A stretch of 64,000 bases of DNA from Negaprion brevirostris (GCA_030324005.1 JARDVH010000150.1:36919389-36983388), one strand, 5' to 3'; counted from the first letter of the stretch, positions 38,760-50,638 are shown. Notes: a model not told the origin generated them from the sequence alone. A program made the numbers and translations.

Positions 38760-39360
38760 TGACTCTTCAGATACTGAGTCAGTCCATGGTCAAATGCAGA
38801 AAGACCTGAACAATATCCAAGCTTAGGCTGACAACATTCATGCCACACAAGTGCTAGGTAATGATCATCTCCAACAAGAGAGAATCTAACCTTCACCACT
38901 TGACATTCAATGGCATTACCATCACTGAATCTTCCAGTAATATCTTGGGGATTACCATTAACCAGAGACTGAAACAGGACTAGCCATATAAAGACTGTGA
39001 CTACAAGAGCACTTCAAAGGTTTAAGAACCCTGCTGTGAGTAACTCACCTTCTGACTCCCCAAAGCCTGTCCACCAGCTACAAGGTATAATTCAGGAGTA
39101 AGTAGTCTGACAACACCAGGTTAAAGACTAGCAAGTTTATTTGCCGTTATGAGACTTCTTACTGTGCCCACCTCAGTCCAACACCAGCATCGCCACATTA
39201 ATTCAGGAGCGTGATGGAATGCTCTCCAATTGCCTGGATGGGTGCAGCTCCAACACTGAAGATGTTCAACACCATCGAGGCCCCAGTAGCCCACTCGGTT
39301 CCACCCCATCCACAAACATTCAATCCTGCCACCACTGATATACATAAGCAACAGTGGCGC
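38760..39360 (+). mobile_element. Zenon-like CR1-group LINE fragment with a nested 100-bp insert
   Basis: QMQKDLNNIQA...RSVMECSPIAWMGAAPTLKMFNTI. Confidence 0.85.
39099..39198. mobile_element. 100-bp inverted Penelope-type terminal fragment with an 11-bp target-site duplication
   Basis: TAATTCAGGAG occurs at 39088-39098 and 39199-39209. The insert shares 'aacctggtgttgtcagact..ttac' with 61215-61245 in both orientations. Confidence 0.8.
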
Positions 39361-39539
39361 ACAACAACTGTGGAGCTAGAGAGAAGATTACAGAAATGGT
39401 GGTTGTGGTGGAGAGCGAGCAAGGTAGGGGTATATCGTGGAGATTTTATAAGGGTGAAAATTCTAAAATTGAGTTTAAAATTGCCAGGCCAAAATCCAAG
39501 ATAAGTCAAGAGTGATGGGTGAATATGATTCCGAGGACT

Positions 39540-41110
39540 AGGACAGGTTCCCTCCTGTTCTCACTTTTCAGCCCACTAGCCCCACATTCAAAGGATCATC
39601 CACTGTCATTTTTCACCAACTCCAGCACGTCCACTCCTCCATTGTCCTGATTCTCCTTCAGCTCTCTCCCACGACATTTTCCCATGCAGTGACAGAAGGT
39701 GCAAGACCTGCCCCTTTTACCTCCTCCTTGTCCAAGGCCCTAAATATTCCTCTCAGGTGAAGCAGCAGTTCACTTACACCTCCTTCAATTTGGTCTGCTT
39801 CATTCGCTGCTCCCAATGCAGTCTCCACTTCACTGGGGAGACTAAACACAGACCAGATGACCACTTTGCAGATCACTTTTACCTCAGTCTGCAAGCACAA
39901 CCCTGATCTTCCAGTTGCTTGCCATTTTAACTCAGCATCTTGCTTTCACGCCCACATATCCGTTCTCGGCATGCTACAACACTCCAACGAAGTCCGACTA
40001 AAACTGGTGGAGCAACACCTCATCTTCCGATTAGGCATGTTCTTCTAGGCTCAACAACTTCAGATTGTAAACTTTCCCATCAATCTTGTATCCCTGCTTT
40101 TGTTTTGTTATTCGCTTCCCCGACTTATCTTAATACAATCTCCACTCGTCCCCTACATGGCCACTGTTTCTTATTCAGCTTTGCACCTACTGAGGCCTGA
40201 CCTGTTTTCCTATTAACACCTTCTGCTATCCTAACTCTGTACTATTAACACTCTTCAGTCCCTAATTGCACTATTAACGGCCCCCTTTGTCTCATGGACA
40301 TGAGACAGAACATAGAACAGTACAGCACAGTACAGGCCCTTCAGTCCTCGATGTTGTGCCGAGCTATGTCCGAACGCAAGATCAAGCTATCCCACTCCCT
40401 ATCATTCTGGTGTGTTTCATATGCCTATCCAATAACTGCTTGAAAGTTCCTAATGTCTCCAACTCCACTATCACAGCAAGCAGTGTATTCCANNNNNNNN
40501 NNNNNNNNNNNNNNNNNNNNNNNNNNNNNNNNNNNNNNNNNNNNNNNNNNNNNNNNNNNNNNNNNNNNNNNNNNNNNNNNNNNNNNNNNNNNNNNNNNNN
40601 NNNNNNNNNNNNNNNNNNNNNNNNNNNNNNNNNNNNNNNNNNNNNNNNNNNNNNNNNNNNNNNNNNNNNNNNNNNNNNNNNNNNNNNNNNNNNNNNNNNN
40701 NNNNNNNNNNNNNNNNNNNNNNNNNNNNNNNNTCTCCTCTGCACTCTCTCCAATGCTTCCACATCCTTCTTATAGTGAGGTGACCAGAACTGCACACAAT
40801 ATTCCAAACGTGGTCTGACCAAGGTCCTGTATAGCTGCAGTATAACCCCATGATTCTTAAACTCAAACCCCCTGTTAATAAACACTAAGAGCTTTGTCAA
40901 TCTCCCGTCAAGTCTGACCCGTCATTGACCTTCCTTTCTGCCCCAAACCCCTCGTCACATTTCAATCCCTTTTTCAGTTATGTAGAAGGGTGATATTTGA
41001 CTCGAAAAGTTCTGTTTTATTTCACAGATGCTGCTACACCTGCTGGGTTTATCTAGCATTTCTGTTTTAATATCAGATTTGCAGCCTCTACAGTATTTTG
41101 ATCTTTTTAA
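39540..41110 (+). mobile_element. Penelope-like element (GIY-YIG 3' end plus terminal repeat) split by a CR1
   Basis: NLVCFIRCSQCSLHFTGETKHRPDDHFADH and PVACHFNS...RLKLVEQHLIFRLG match a decayed PLE GIY-YIG domain. The terminal repeat resumes at about 40892-41110. Confidence 0.9.
40307..40888 (-). mobile_element. CR1/HER1 3' fragment spanning a gap, nested in the Penelope element
   Basis: [49 protein letters not shown], with tail 'agaacatagaacagtacagcacagtacaggccc'. Confidence 0.95.
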
Positions 41111-41199
41111 TAACTTAGTGTAAGTTCGGATATAGGCAGCAGAGTTGTACATAAGTGGAAACTTAAAAAGGATGCAAGATGAGAGGTCAGTCAGGACAG

Positions 41200-42090
41200 C
41201 ATAGTCAAGTCTAGAGGCAAGAAAAGAATAGACAAAGGTTTGGCTGTGGCAGAGGGAGAGATGGGCAATGTTATGGAAGTGAAATCAGGCAGTCTTGGAG
41301 GTGAGAAGGGTTTGAATGCTCAGCTTAGAGTCAGGCAAGGACACTGAAATGACTTTTCAATTTAAGATCATGTCCTCTTATTTTTAATCTCCCCCATCAG
41401 AGGAAACAGTTTCTCCCTATCTACACTTTTAACATTTTGAGAACCCTGTTCAGATCACCTTTCTATTTATCTACACTGGAAAACAAGACCATATAACCAT
41501 ACAATGTAGGAGCAGAAGTCGGTCATCCAACCCATCAAGTCTGTCCTGTCACCATTCAATGAGACTACAGCTAATCTAATAACCCTCAACTCCACTTTCC
41601 TGCCTTACCCCCATCACCCTCAATTTCCTGACTGATTAGGAAATCTGTCTATCTCACCCTCACGCATATTCAATGGCCCAGCCCTACAGTATTCTGCAGT
41701 AAAAATTCCACAGATTCACTACCCACAAAAGAAATTCCTCCTCATCTGACATGTTTATGCAACCTGCCCTCAATGTGAACCTCAGAAGTCCTGATATCAT
41801 CTTGGTGAATTTGTATTGCTGAAAGGTCAATAAATTCCTCCCGAGAGGTGATGTTGAAACCTGTACAATTTATGGTACTCCACTGGGAGCCTCACAAAGG
41901 CTGTAAAACCGAAGTGTAACTTTTATCATTGTGCATTCCAGATCCCTCTATTTCCAATAACACTGAGTATTTTTAGCACCCAACCAGCTCCTAATGATTT
42001 GGGTATTTGGGCTTCTCTACAATCCCTAGTTCCTCATCAATCAGAAAATACTCCTGATTTATCAATCTTGGGTTCAAAGTGAATGAACTC
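41200..42090 (-). mobile_element. Stack of degenerate L2 (about 41200-41345) and CR1 (about 41350-42090) fragments
   Basis: L2-like 'gggcaatgttatggaagtgaaatcaggcagtcttgg'. CR1 tail 'taggagcagaagtcggtcatcc...ccattcaatgaga'. Confidence 0.6.
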
Positions 42091-42204
42091 AGGCATGGGG
42101 CAGTTACACAAAAAGTGGACATCAATTCTGTCGCAGCTCAGTTCCTCAGAGTGTGAACAGGCCAGCCATTGGTTGACATTACAGAATATTTCTCAAAGTT
42201 CAAA

Positions 42205-43120
42205 AAAGGCAAACTTGCATCATATCACATCCTTCAAAACCTCAAACCATCATAGACTACAGCAAATAAGATATTTTTGAAGTATAATCACTATTGTAAT
42301 GTAGGAAAAATGGCAGCCAACTTACACACAAGATACCATTAATAGGAATATGATAATGACCAGATATTCTATTTTCGTAGAGCACAGGAGGCCACTGTTT
42401 GACCCATTCAGTCAGCCTGTGCTGGTTCTTTGAAAGAGCAGACATGCTTTGTCAGAGAGTTCTGCATTTTGTCTATAACCCTGTAAGTGCCACATCCTCA
42501 AGGACTTGACCCTCATCTCAGATAACACCTCAAAAAACTACCCTCATCCTTTAACATATTTGCACAATTTCCTGATCTATGGCACCCAGAAGTGTTCACA
42601 GTACTTCATCCGAGGCCAAACAATTAATTTATAAAGTCCTACAATGCTCTATTTGCTTTTATGCTTCTGTAACCACCTTGTCAACTTGCCACACCTCCTT
42701 TGAAGATTTGCAGATATGGTCAGCAAGGTCTCAAGAAAGTCATTTATAGAAAACTGCCTTTCGTTATTGGTCTTCCTGAAGTGCATCATTTCATTTTTCT
42801 CTGCGTCAAACTTCACCTGCCACACTTCTTCTCATTTTACCGTCTACATTATCTAAAAGTTTGCAACTATCTATTATTTTGCATGTTTTATATCATCTGC
42901 AATCTTTATAATGCCGCCATCCAAATCGAAAGCCAAGGTTATTTATAAAAATAGAAAAAAAAAAGATCAAAATAATGTCACTAGATCTTTTAACACCTTA
43001 CAGGGCAGACAAAACCTTGGTTTAACATCACATCTGAAAGAACAATCTCCAAGAGCACAGCACTCCCTCAGTCCCGCACTGTAATTTCAGCCGAGATGAA
43101 ATGCTCAACTGCCTGGAATA
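42205..43120 (-). mobile_element. Deu-SINE split by an old CR1 remnant (about 42380-42950)
   Basis: 3' half at 42205-42375 ('aaacttgcat...tgataatgaccagata') and 5' half at 42980-43120 ('ggtttaacatcacatctgaaaga...cagcactccctcagt'). Confidence 0.7.
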
Positions 43121-43124
43121 TTCC

Positions 43125-43460
43125 AGAAATATGAAAACAGGAGGGCTTCCAGCCCCGCCAATCTGTCCCAACATTCAGTTATAGAACATGGCTGATCTGT
43201 ATCTTAACTCCTTTCACCTGCCTTAGATTCATAATCTTTTGCATCTTTCCCTAATAAAAACCAATCTCAGTTTTGAAATTTTCAATTGACCCTGGGCCTC
43301 AAAGCTCCAGATTTTCACTATCAACATGCAAGTGATCTCCCCACTGAATGGCCTTGCTTGACTTTGAAAGTTAACCCCCCTCATTCTTGATACTCTCACC
43401 AGAGGAAATGGTTTCTCTCCATCTAGCCTATCTTCTTAAAAAACTTCAATAAGATTACCC
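43125..43460 (-). mobile_element. CR1 3' fragment
   Basis: 'catggctgatctgtatcttaactcc...atctcagttttgaaattttcaattgacc...accagaggaaatggtttctctcc'. Confidence 0.75.
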
Positions 43461-43514
43461 AGATTCAAAGCCAAATTTCTTATGTCAAGAGGCTTTACAG
43501 ATGTCCAACACATA

Positions 43515-44685
43515 CGATTTTTATTTTATTCATTTGTGGGACTCGGGCGTTGCTGGCTGGCCGGCATTTATTGCCTATCCTTAGTTACCCCTGAGAAGGT
43601 GGTGATGAACTGCCTTCTTGAATCACTGCAGTCAATGTTCTGTGGGTTGACCCACAATGCTGTTAGGGAGGGACTGCGAAAGAACAGAGATATATTTCCA
43701 AGTCAGGATGATGAGTGGCTTGNNNNNNNNNNCCCACAATGCTGTTAGGGAGGGAATTCCAGGATTTTGACCCAGCGACTGCAAAAGGAATGGTGATATA
43801 TTTCCAAGCCAAGATGGTGAGTGGCTTGGAGGGGATCTTGCAGGCAAGTGGTGTTCCCAGGTATCTGAGGCCCTTGTCCTTCTACATGGAAATGGTCGCG
43901 GGTTTGGAAGATGATATCTAAGGATCTTTGGTGAATCTTGTAGATCGTACACACTGCTGCTACTGCATATTGGTGAAAGAAGGTAGTGGATGTTCGTAGA
44001 TGTGGTGCCAATCAATCGGGCTGCTTTGTCCTGGATGGTGTCAAGCTTCTTGAGTGTTGTTGGAACTGCACCCACCCAGGCAAGTGAGGAGTATTCCATC
44101 ACACTCCTGACTTGTGNNNNNNNNNNNNNNNNNNNNNNNNNNNNNNNNNNNNNNNNNNNNNNNNNNNNNNNNNNNNNNNNNNNNNNNNNNNNNNNNNNNN
44201 NNNNNNNNNNNNNNNNNNNNNNNNNNNNNNNNNNNNNNNNNNNNNNNNNNNNNNNNNNNNNNNNNNNNNNNNNNNNNNNNNNNNNNNNNNNNNNNNNNNN
44301 NNNNNNNNNNNNNNNNNNNNNNNNNNNNNNNNNNNNNNNNNNNNNNNNNNNNNNNNNNNNNNNNATGTTCCTTGCCACTTGTCAGCCCAAGCCTGGATAT
44401 TGTGCAGATCTTGTTGCATTTGAACATGGACTGCTTCAGTACCTGAATCATCGTAAATGGTGAACATTGTTCATCGATGATTGCACATCCACTTCTGACC
44501 TTATGACGAAGGGAAGGACATCAGCGAAGCAGCTGAAGATGGTTGAGCCTAGGACAGTACGCTAAAGAACTCCTGCAGAGATATCCTGGAGCTGATATGA
44601 CTGACCCTCCACAACCAATGTACCAGATTGACTCCATTCAGCAGAGAGCATTCCCCCGATGCTCACTGATTCAATTTTGCTAGAG
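43515..44685 (-). mobile_element. Zenon-like CR1-group LINE 3' 1.2 kb (gapped)
   Basis: QVRSVMEYSSLAWVGAVPTTLKKLDTIQDKAARLIG and AVHVQMQQDLHNIQAWADKWQ, with the tail at about 43520. Confidence 0.9.
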
Positions 44686-44834
44686 CAGAGTAGTTAGAAG
44701 TAACACTAAAAAAAAAGGTCAACTCAAACAGAAACTTCAAGGCCTTTGTGCTTTTTCATTTTCACATTGCAAGTCAGCGGAGGCTCAATGGAGAATGTTG
44801 AAGCCAGCCTCAGAAAAACAGCAGGTTCTGGATT

Positions 44835-45147
44835 CCTAGAATCGTAGAATCACTACAGTGCAGGAGGCAGCCATTTGATCAATCCAGTCTGCACTAACAA
44901 CAATCCCACCCAGGCCCTATCCCCATAAACCCACGTATTTCCCCTATTAATCTCTCTAACCCTAAGGGAAATTTACCATGGCCAATCAACCTAACCTGCA
45001 CATCTGTGGACTGTGGGAGAAAACTGGAGCACCCGGAGAAAACCCACACAGACATGGGAAGAACATCCACACAGACAGTGATCTGAAGGCGGAATTGAAC
45101 CCAGGTCCCTGGCACTGTGAGGAATCAGTGCTAACTACTTGGTCACA
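44835..45147 (-). mobile_element. HE1 V-SINE, full length
   Basis: HER1-type tail 'tagaatcgtagaatcactacagtgcaggaggcagccattt', V-core, and head 'gaattgaacccaggtccctggcactgtgagg..cagtgctaac'. Confidence 0.9.
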
Positions 45148-45699
45148 TAATCTGAGTTGACACTTGGGACTGGACTTTGTTGTGCAAAAACTGGCTGTAG
45201 CATATCCACATCGCAATAAAGGCCACACTCCATTCAGGTTGTAAATGGCACAACACAAGCCTGAATCCTTGCTTTAAATTGCTAATGCAATGAAAACATT
45301 TTGCAGGATTATTTAGAGCTTTTGGAGTATTTCTAGGGATTTCCAAAAAAATGGGTAGAAATCTTTTTGCAGTGACATAAACTACATATTCATTACTTAA
45401 AAAATCCTGCGTTCCTAAACAATGGGAACTAAAAACATCCTGGGAACTGCCTTTCCAGCTTGTGCGGGTCAACCCCACCCCAATGCCATCTGTCAACACT
45501 TACCATCCCCAAGTAATGCAATGGGATACACAAGGAACTAGAAAATCACCAGCAACATTTGACCAACCCACTTCCTAGCAGACTCTGCAGCTTCCATAAG
45601 CTTTGAAATTCTCTGTTCAGTAACTATTAAAAATAAAATCCATTCTTTGCAGGCTTCTGGAACCTCAGTATAAAATAAACCAGAAACAAAGAAATCTAA

Positions 45700-48350
45700 C
45701 CAAAGTACACGTGGATGCTGGGATCTGAAACAGAAAATGCTGAAAAATCTCAGCAGGTTTGACAGCATCTGTGGGAAGAGAATAGAGCCAATGTTCAAAA
45801 TCTAGTTGACCCTTCATCAGGGCTAAGGGTCATAGAGGTTTACCGCACGTAAATAGACCCTTTGGCCCAACTTGACCATGCCACCTTTTTTTTTTATATA
45901 ACCCCCTACTCGAATCCCAATTGCCTGCGTTTGGCCCATATCCCTCTATACTTATCTTACCCATGTAACTGTCTAAATGTTTTTTAAAAGACAAAATTGT
46001 ACCCGCCTCTACTACTACCTCTGGCAGCTNNNNNNNNNNNNNNNNNNNNNNNNNNNNNNNNNNNNNNNNNNNNNNNNNNNNNNNNNNNNNNNNNNNNNNN
46101 NNNNNNNNNNNNNNNNNNNNNNNNNNNNNGACAAAATTGTACCCGCCTCTACTACTACCTCTGGCAGCTTGTTCCAGACATGCCCCACTCCGTGAAAAAA
46201 TTGCCCCTCAGGACACTTTTGTATCTCTCCCCTCTCACCTTAAACCTGTGCCCTCTAGTTTTAGACTCCCGTACCTTTGGGAAAAGATATTGACTATCAA
46301 GCTGATCTGTGCACCTCTTATTTTATAGACCCCTATAAGATTACCCCTCAGCCTTCTACCTCCAGAAAAAAAAAGTCCCACTGTATCCAGCATCTCCTCA
46401 TCACTCAAACCATCAAGCCCAGGTAGCATCCTAGTAAGTCTTTTCTACACTCTTTCTAGTAAAATAATATCCTTTCTATAATAGGGTGACCAGAACTGTG
46501 CACAGAATTCCAAGTGTGGCCTTACCAATGTCTTGTACAACTTCAACAAGACGTTCCAACTCCCTGTATTCAATGTTCTGACCAATGAAACCAAACCTTC
46601 TTCACCATTCTGTCCACCTGTGATTCCACTTTCAAGGAGCTTTGATCATGTACCCCCAGATCTCTGTTTTGTAATTCTCTCCAACGCCGCATCATTAACT
46701 GATTAAGTCCTGCCCTGATTCAACCTACCAAGATGCATCACCTTGCGTTTATCTAAATTTAACTCCATCTGCCACGTGTCAGCCCACTGGCTCGATTGAT
46801 CAAGATCCTGTTGTAATTGGACATAGCGTTCTTCACTATCTACTATGCCACCAATCTTGGTATCATCTGCAAACTTACTAACCATGTCTCCTATACTGTC
46901 ATTCAAATCATTAATATAAATGACAAATAACAGTGGACCTGGCACTGATCCCTGAGGTACACTGCTGGTCACAGGCCAGCCTCTGGCTTCTGTCAAGAAG
47001 CCAATTTTATATCCATTTAGGTAGCTCACCCTCGATCCCGAGAGATTTAACCTTATGCAACAACCTACTACGTGGTACCTTATCAAAGGCCATGCTAAAG
47101 TCCATGTGAATAACATCAACTGCACTGCCCTCATCTACCTTCTTGGTTACCCCTTCAAAAAACTCAAATCAAATTTGTGAGACATGATTTTCCATTCACA
47201 AAGCCATGCTGACTGTCCCTAATCAGTCCTTGTGTCTCTAACTGCCTGTAGATCCCGTCTCTCAAAATACCTTCCAACAATTTACCCACCACAGATGTGA
47301 GGCTCACTGGCCTGTAGTTCCCAGGCTTTTCCCTGCAGCCCTTTTTAAACAAAGGCACAACATTTGCCGCTCTCCAATCTTCAGGCACCTCACCCGTGAC
47401 TATATGATTCCAACATCTCAGTTAGGAGACCTGCAATTTCCTCCCATAGTGTCCTGGCATATACTTCATCAGGTCCCAGGGACTTCTCTACCTTGAAGCA
47501 CTTTAAGACTTCCAGCATCTCCTTCTCTGAAATATATACACTCCTCAAGACATCACTATTTATTTCCCCAAGTTCCCTAACATCCACATTTTTCTCAACA
47601 GTAAATACGGATGAGAAATATTCATTTAGGATCTCAGCCATCTGCACATAGTTGATCTTGTTGATCCTTAAGGGGCCCTACTCTCTCCCTTGTTACTCTT
47701 TTGCCCTTTATGTATTTGTAGAAACACTTTGGATTCTCCTTTACCTTATCTGCCAAAACAATCTTGTGTCCCCTTTTCGCCCTCCTGATTTCTCTCTTAA
47801 CTCTACTCCCACACCCCCTACATTCTTCAAGGGATTCACTTGATCCCAGCTGCCTGTGAACATCATGTGCCTCTTTCTTCTTCTTGATCAGGGTCTTAAA
47901 ATCCCAAGTCATTCAGGGTTCCCTACTTCTGCCAGCCTTGCCCTTCACTCAAAGAGGAAGGTGCTTACCCTGAGCCCTGGTCAAGAGCAAAGAGAATCAG
48001 CACAGATTTGTACTCTGAGGGTGAGGCAGGGGTGAAATGGGACAAAGGGAGTGTAAATGAGGATACAGTAGGCTGAGGTGGTGCTATAAGTGTCCATCAA
48101 GTGATCAGAATGGCAGAAGAGGTACAGATAGTATAAGGACTGCCTCGGGATTATGACAGTCGTCCTGAAGGTGCGGGGGGCAAGAAGAGAGCTGGAATGG
48201 AGAAGTGGAGAAATGGAAGGGTGAAAGGAGGATGATAAAATGGGTATATGAGATGAAACGAAATGAAATGGGGCAAAAGGTGGTGAAGTGTTCATGCTTG
48301 GAAGTTGTCGAGCTCTGACCATTCCTTTTTGACTCATCCCAAATTAAACA
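45700..48350 (-). mobile_element. Penelope-like 3' region and terminal repeat (48350-47984 and 45832-45700) split by a 2.15-kb CR1
   Basis: A pyrimidine-rich PLE 3' region continues across the CR1 into 'ctgatgaagggtc...ctctattctcttcccacagatgctgtcaaacctgctgag'. GGTCA is present at both junctions. Confidence 0.7.
45833..47978 (-). mobile_element. CR1/HER1 LINE ORF2 pseudogene, 5'-truncated, the longest LINE fragment here
   Basis: [97 protein letters not shown]...[11 protein letters not shown], with frameshifts and stops. Confidence 0.97.
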
Positions 48351-50362
48351 CATCCAACAGTGGATATTAACAATTTCTTCATTGCCCCTGGCCAGTTTAT
48401 TCCCTCACTGCCTTGTGGCTTTTCAAAACTGCTACTTCACTCATGTGGTCTTCTTGCAAATCTTCACCCCAGGAGTTGAGACGTCCACTTCAGGCCTTTA
48501 AGAGCAACAGAAGCTTACAAAACCAGATCTGATTCACATCAAAGCAAGCCCCACATACACAGAAAAAAAACAAGACTTCCCTCCCAGTGAAGATTGAGCC
48601 TCTTCCTTTTCCCTCCCCAAGTCTGAGATCATTACCATACAGGATTGGCTGATTTTCATTGCCTCACACAACTGCTGCAGTGTGGGGTTGCGATTCCTGT
48701 GGGGTCAAATCTGAAATTGCACCCTTTCTGTTACTCACACTCAAATTTCCTGTCAATCTCTGAACATAAACCAGAACCTAAAAATGAGCAAGTAAACAAT
48801 CAGAAAAAGGGAAGTGTGGAACGGAAACCGTATACTCCTACAAATAAGAAATTTAAACTTCAAAGAGATCTAGCTATTATTCAGGCACATGTCAATCAAG
48901 AAAGTTCTTCTAATTTTTAAAAGGGATTCAAACTGTAACATATAAACATTCAAACGAAAACAGAAAACACAGAGCAAGACTTAAATGAGGAGAAATAAAA
49001 TGCATTTTATTGATTTTCCTTGTCACTAAAATTCTGGATATAATTTTACACCAGTTTCAATTCAGTGTAATTGCAGAAGATTTGTCAGGCTCCTTAGCCT
49101 GAGATACAGTTTTTATAGTGAGCCAGACATGCTTGAATGCAAGGATTGATAAACAAGCTTAAAAGAGAAAATACATTTGGGTTACGAGCAATTATGAACC
49201 AACAAACTTGTACCAGAGTACCTTCAAGCTGAGTAATGGCTTTACACCACAACTTTAAATGACTCAGATGTAAACGCACTAGAAAGTCCACTCATCTCTC
49301 AAGTTAAGATGCAGGTTCCACATGGTGTGCCAATATTCATAGGGATATTTATCTAGTCCATTCCCATACCATCCCCAAGTAGCGTGGGACTGCAGAGCAC
49401 ACATTGTGATGCAGCTCACTGCGACAAAGCCATCCAGATTCCAAGCATGAGGGTGAGGCAGATACAGTCAGAGTTGCTGAGACTTTCCAACATTTTGTTT
49501 TAATTGCATGGGAAAAGGTGTTGGATCCTGATCCAGTTTATAACACCAGCATTCTGCAGCTGGAGATTGAGTGGAGACAGATTGCAAAGTCCTCCACTTC
49601 ACTAATCTAAGTCCCAATTCTGTTGAGACTTTCCAGATCTGCAAGGTTTAGCATCTCCCATGCATGAACGCACAGAGTTCTCCTCATTCCCACCATGTAA
49701 TTTATACCCAGTCCCCACTCTCAATTTCACATCTGTGCCTGGAAGATTTGGGTTTATGCAGCATTGCCCTAGTTTCCGTTGCACTNNNNNNNNNNNNNNN
49801 NNNNNNNNNNNNNNNNNNNNNNNNNNNNNNNNNNNNNNNNNNNNNNNNNNNNNNNNNNNNNNNNNNNNNNNNNNNNNNNNNNNNNNNNNNNNNNNNNNNN
49901 NNNNNNNNNNNNNNNNNNNNNNNNNNNNNNNNNNNNNNNNNNNNNNNNNNNNNNNNNNNNNNNNNNNNNNNNNNNNNNNNNNNNNNNNNNNNNNNNNNNN
50001 NNNNNNNNNNNNNNNNNNNNNNNNNNNNNNNNNNNNNNNNNNNNNNNNNNNNNNNNNNNNNNNNNNNNNNNNNNNNNNNNNNNNNNNNNNNNNNNNNNNN
50101 NNNNNNNNNNNNNNNNNNNNNNNNNNNNNNNNNNNNNNNNNNNNNNNNNNNNNNNNNNNNNNNNNNNNNNNNNNNNNNNNNNNNNNNNNNNNNNNNNNNN
50201 NNNNNNNNNNNNNNNNNNNNNNNNNNNNNNNNCATTGTCAAAGCCACAGTGGCACATGATTCTCTAGCTGGTGAAACCAATAATATTGTCTTGTGGAACT
50301 GCAAAGCGCAGTCTGCTATTTTCCATTTTCTAGCACCAGTACCGAAAGGGGCTCTGTCCAGG

Positions 50363-50638
50363 TTTAAAGTTTATTTATCAGTGTCGCAAGTAGGCTTACA
50401 TTAACACTGCAATGAAGTTACTGTGAAAATCCCCTAGTCGCCACACACTGGTACCTGTTCAGGTAAACTGAGGGAGAAATGAGCATGGCCAATGCACCTA
50501 ACCAGCACATCTTTCGGATTGTGGGAGAAATCTGAAGCATCTGAGGAGAATGTGCAAACTCTGCACAGACAGTGACCTAAGCCAGGAATCGAACCTAGCT
50601 CCCTGGCACTGTGAGGCAGCAGTGCTAACCACTATGCA
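50363..50638 (-). mobile_element. V-SINE, alternative tail (family B)
   Basis: 'aaagtttatttatcagtgtcgcaagtaggcttacattaacactgcaatgaagttactgtgaaaatcccctagtcgcc...gaatcgaacc...gtgaggcagcagtgctaaccact'. Confidence 0.9.

Noticed and set aside
45833-47978. Reverse transcriptase ORFs as a retron, DGR or other novel RT system
   Set aside because: The motifs and 3' tail are standard CR1 ORF2, fragmented by stops and frameshifts, in vertebrate DNA.
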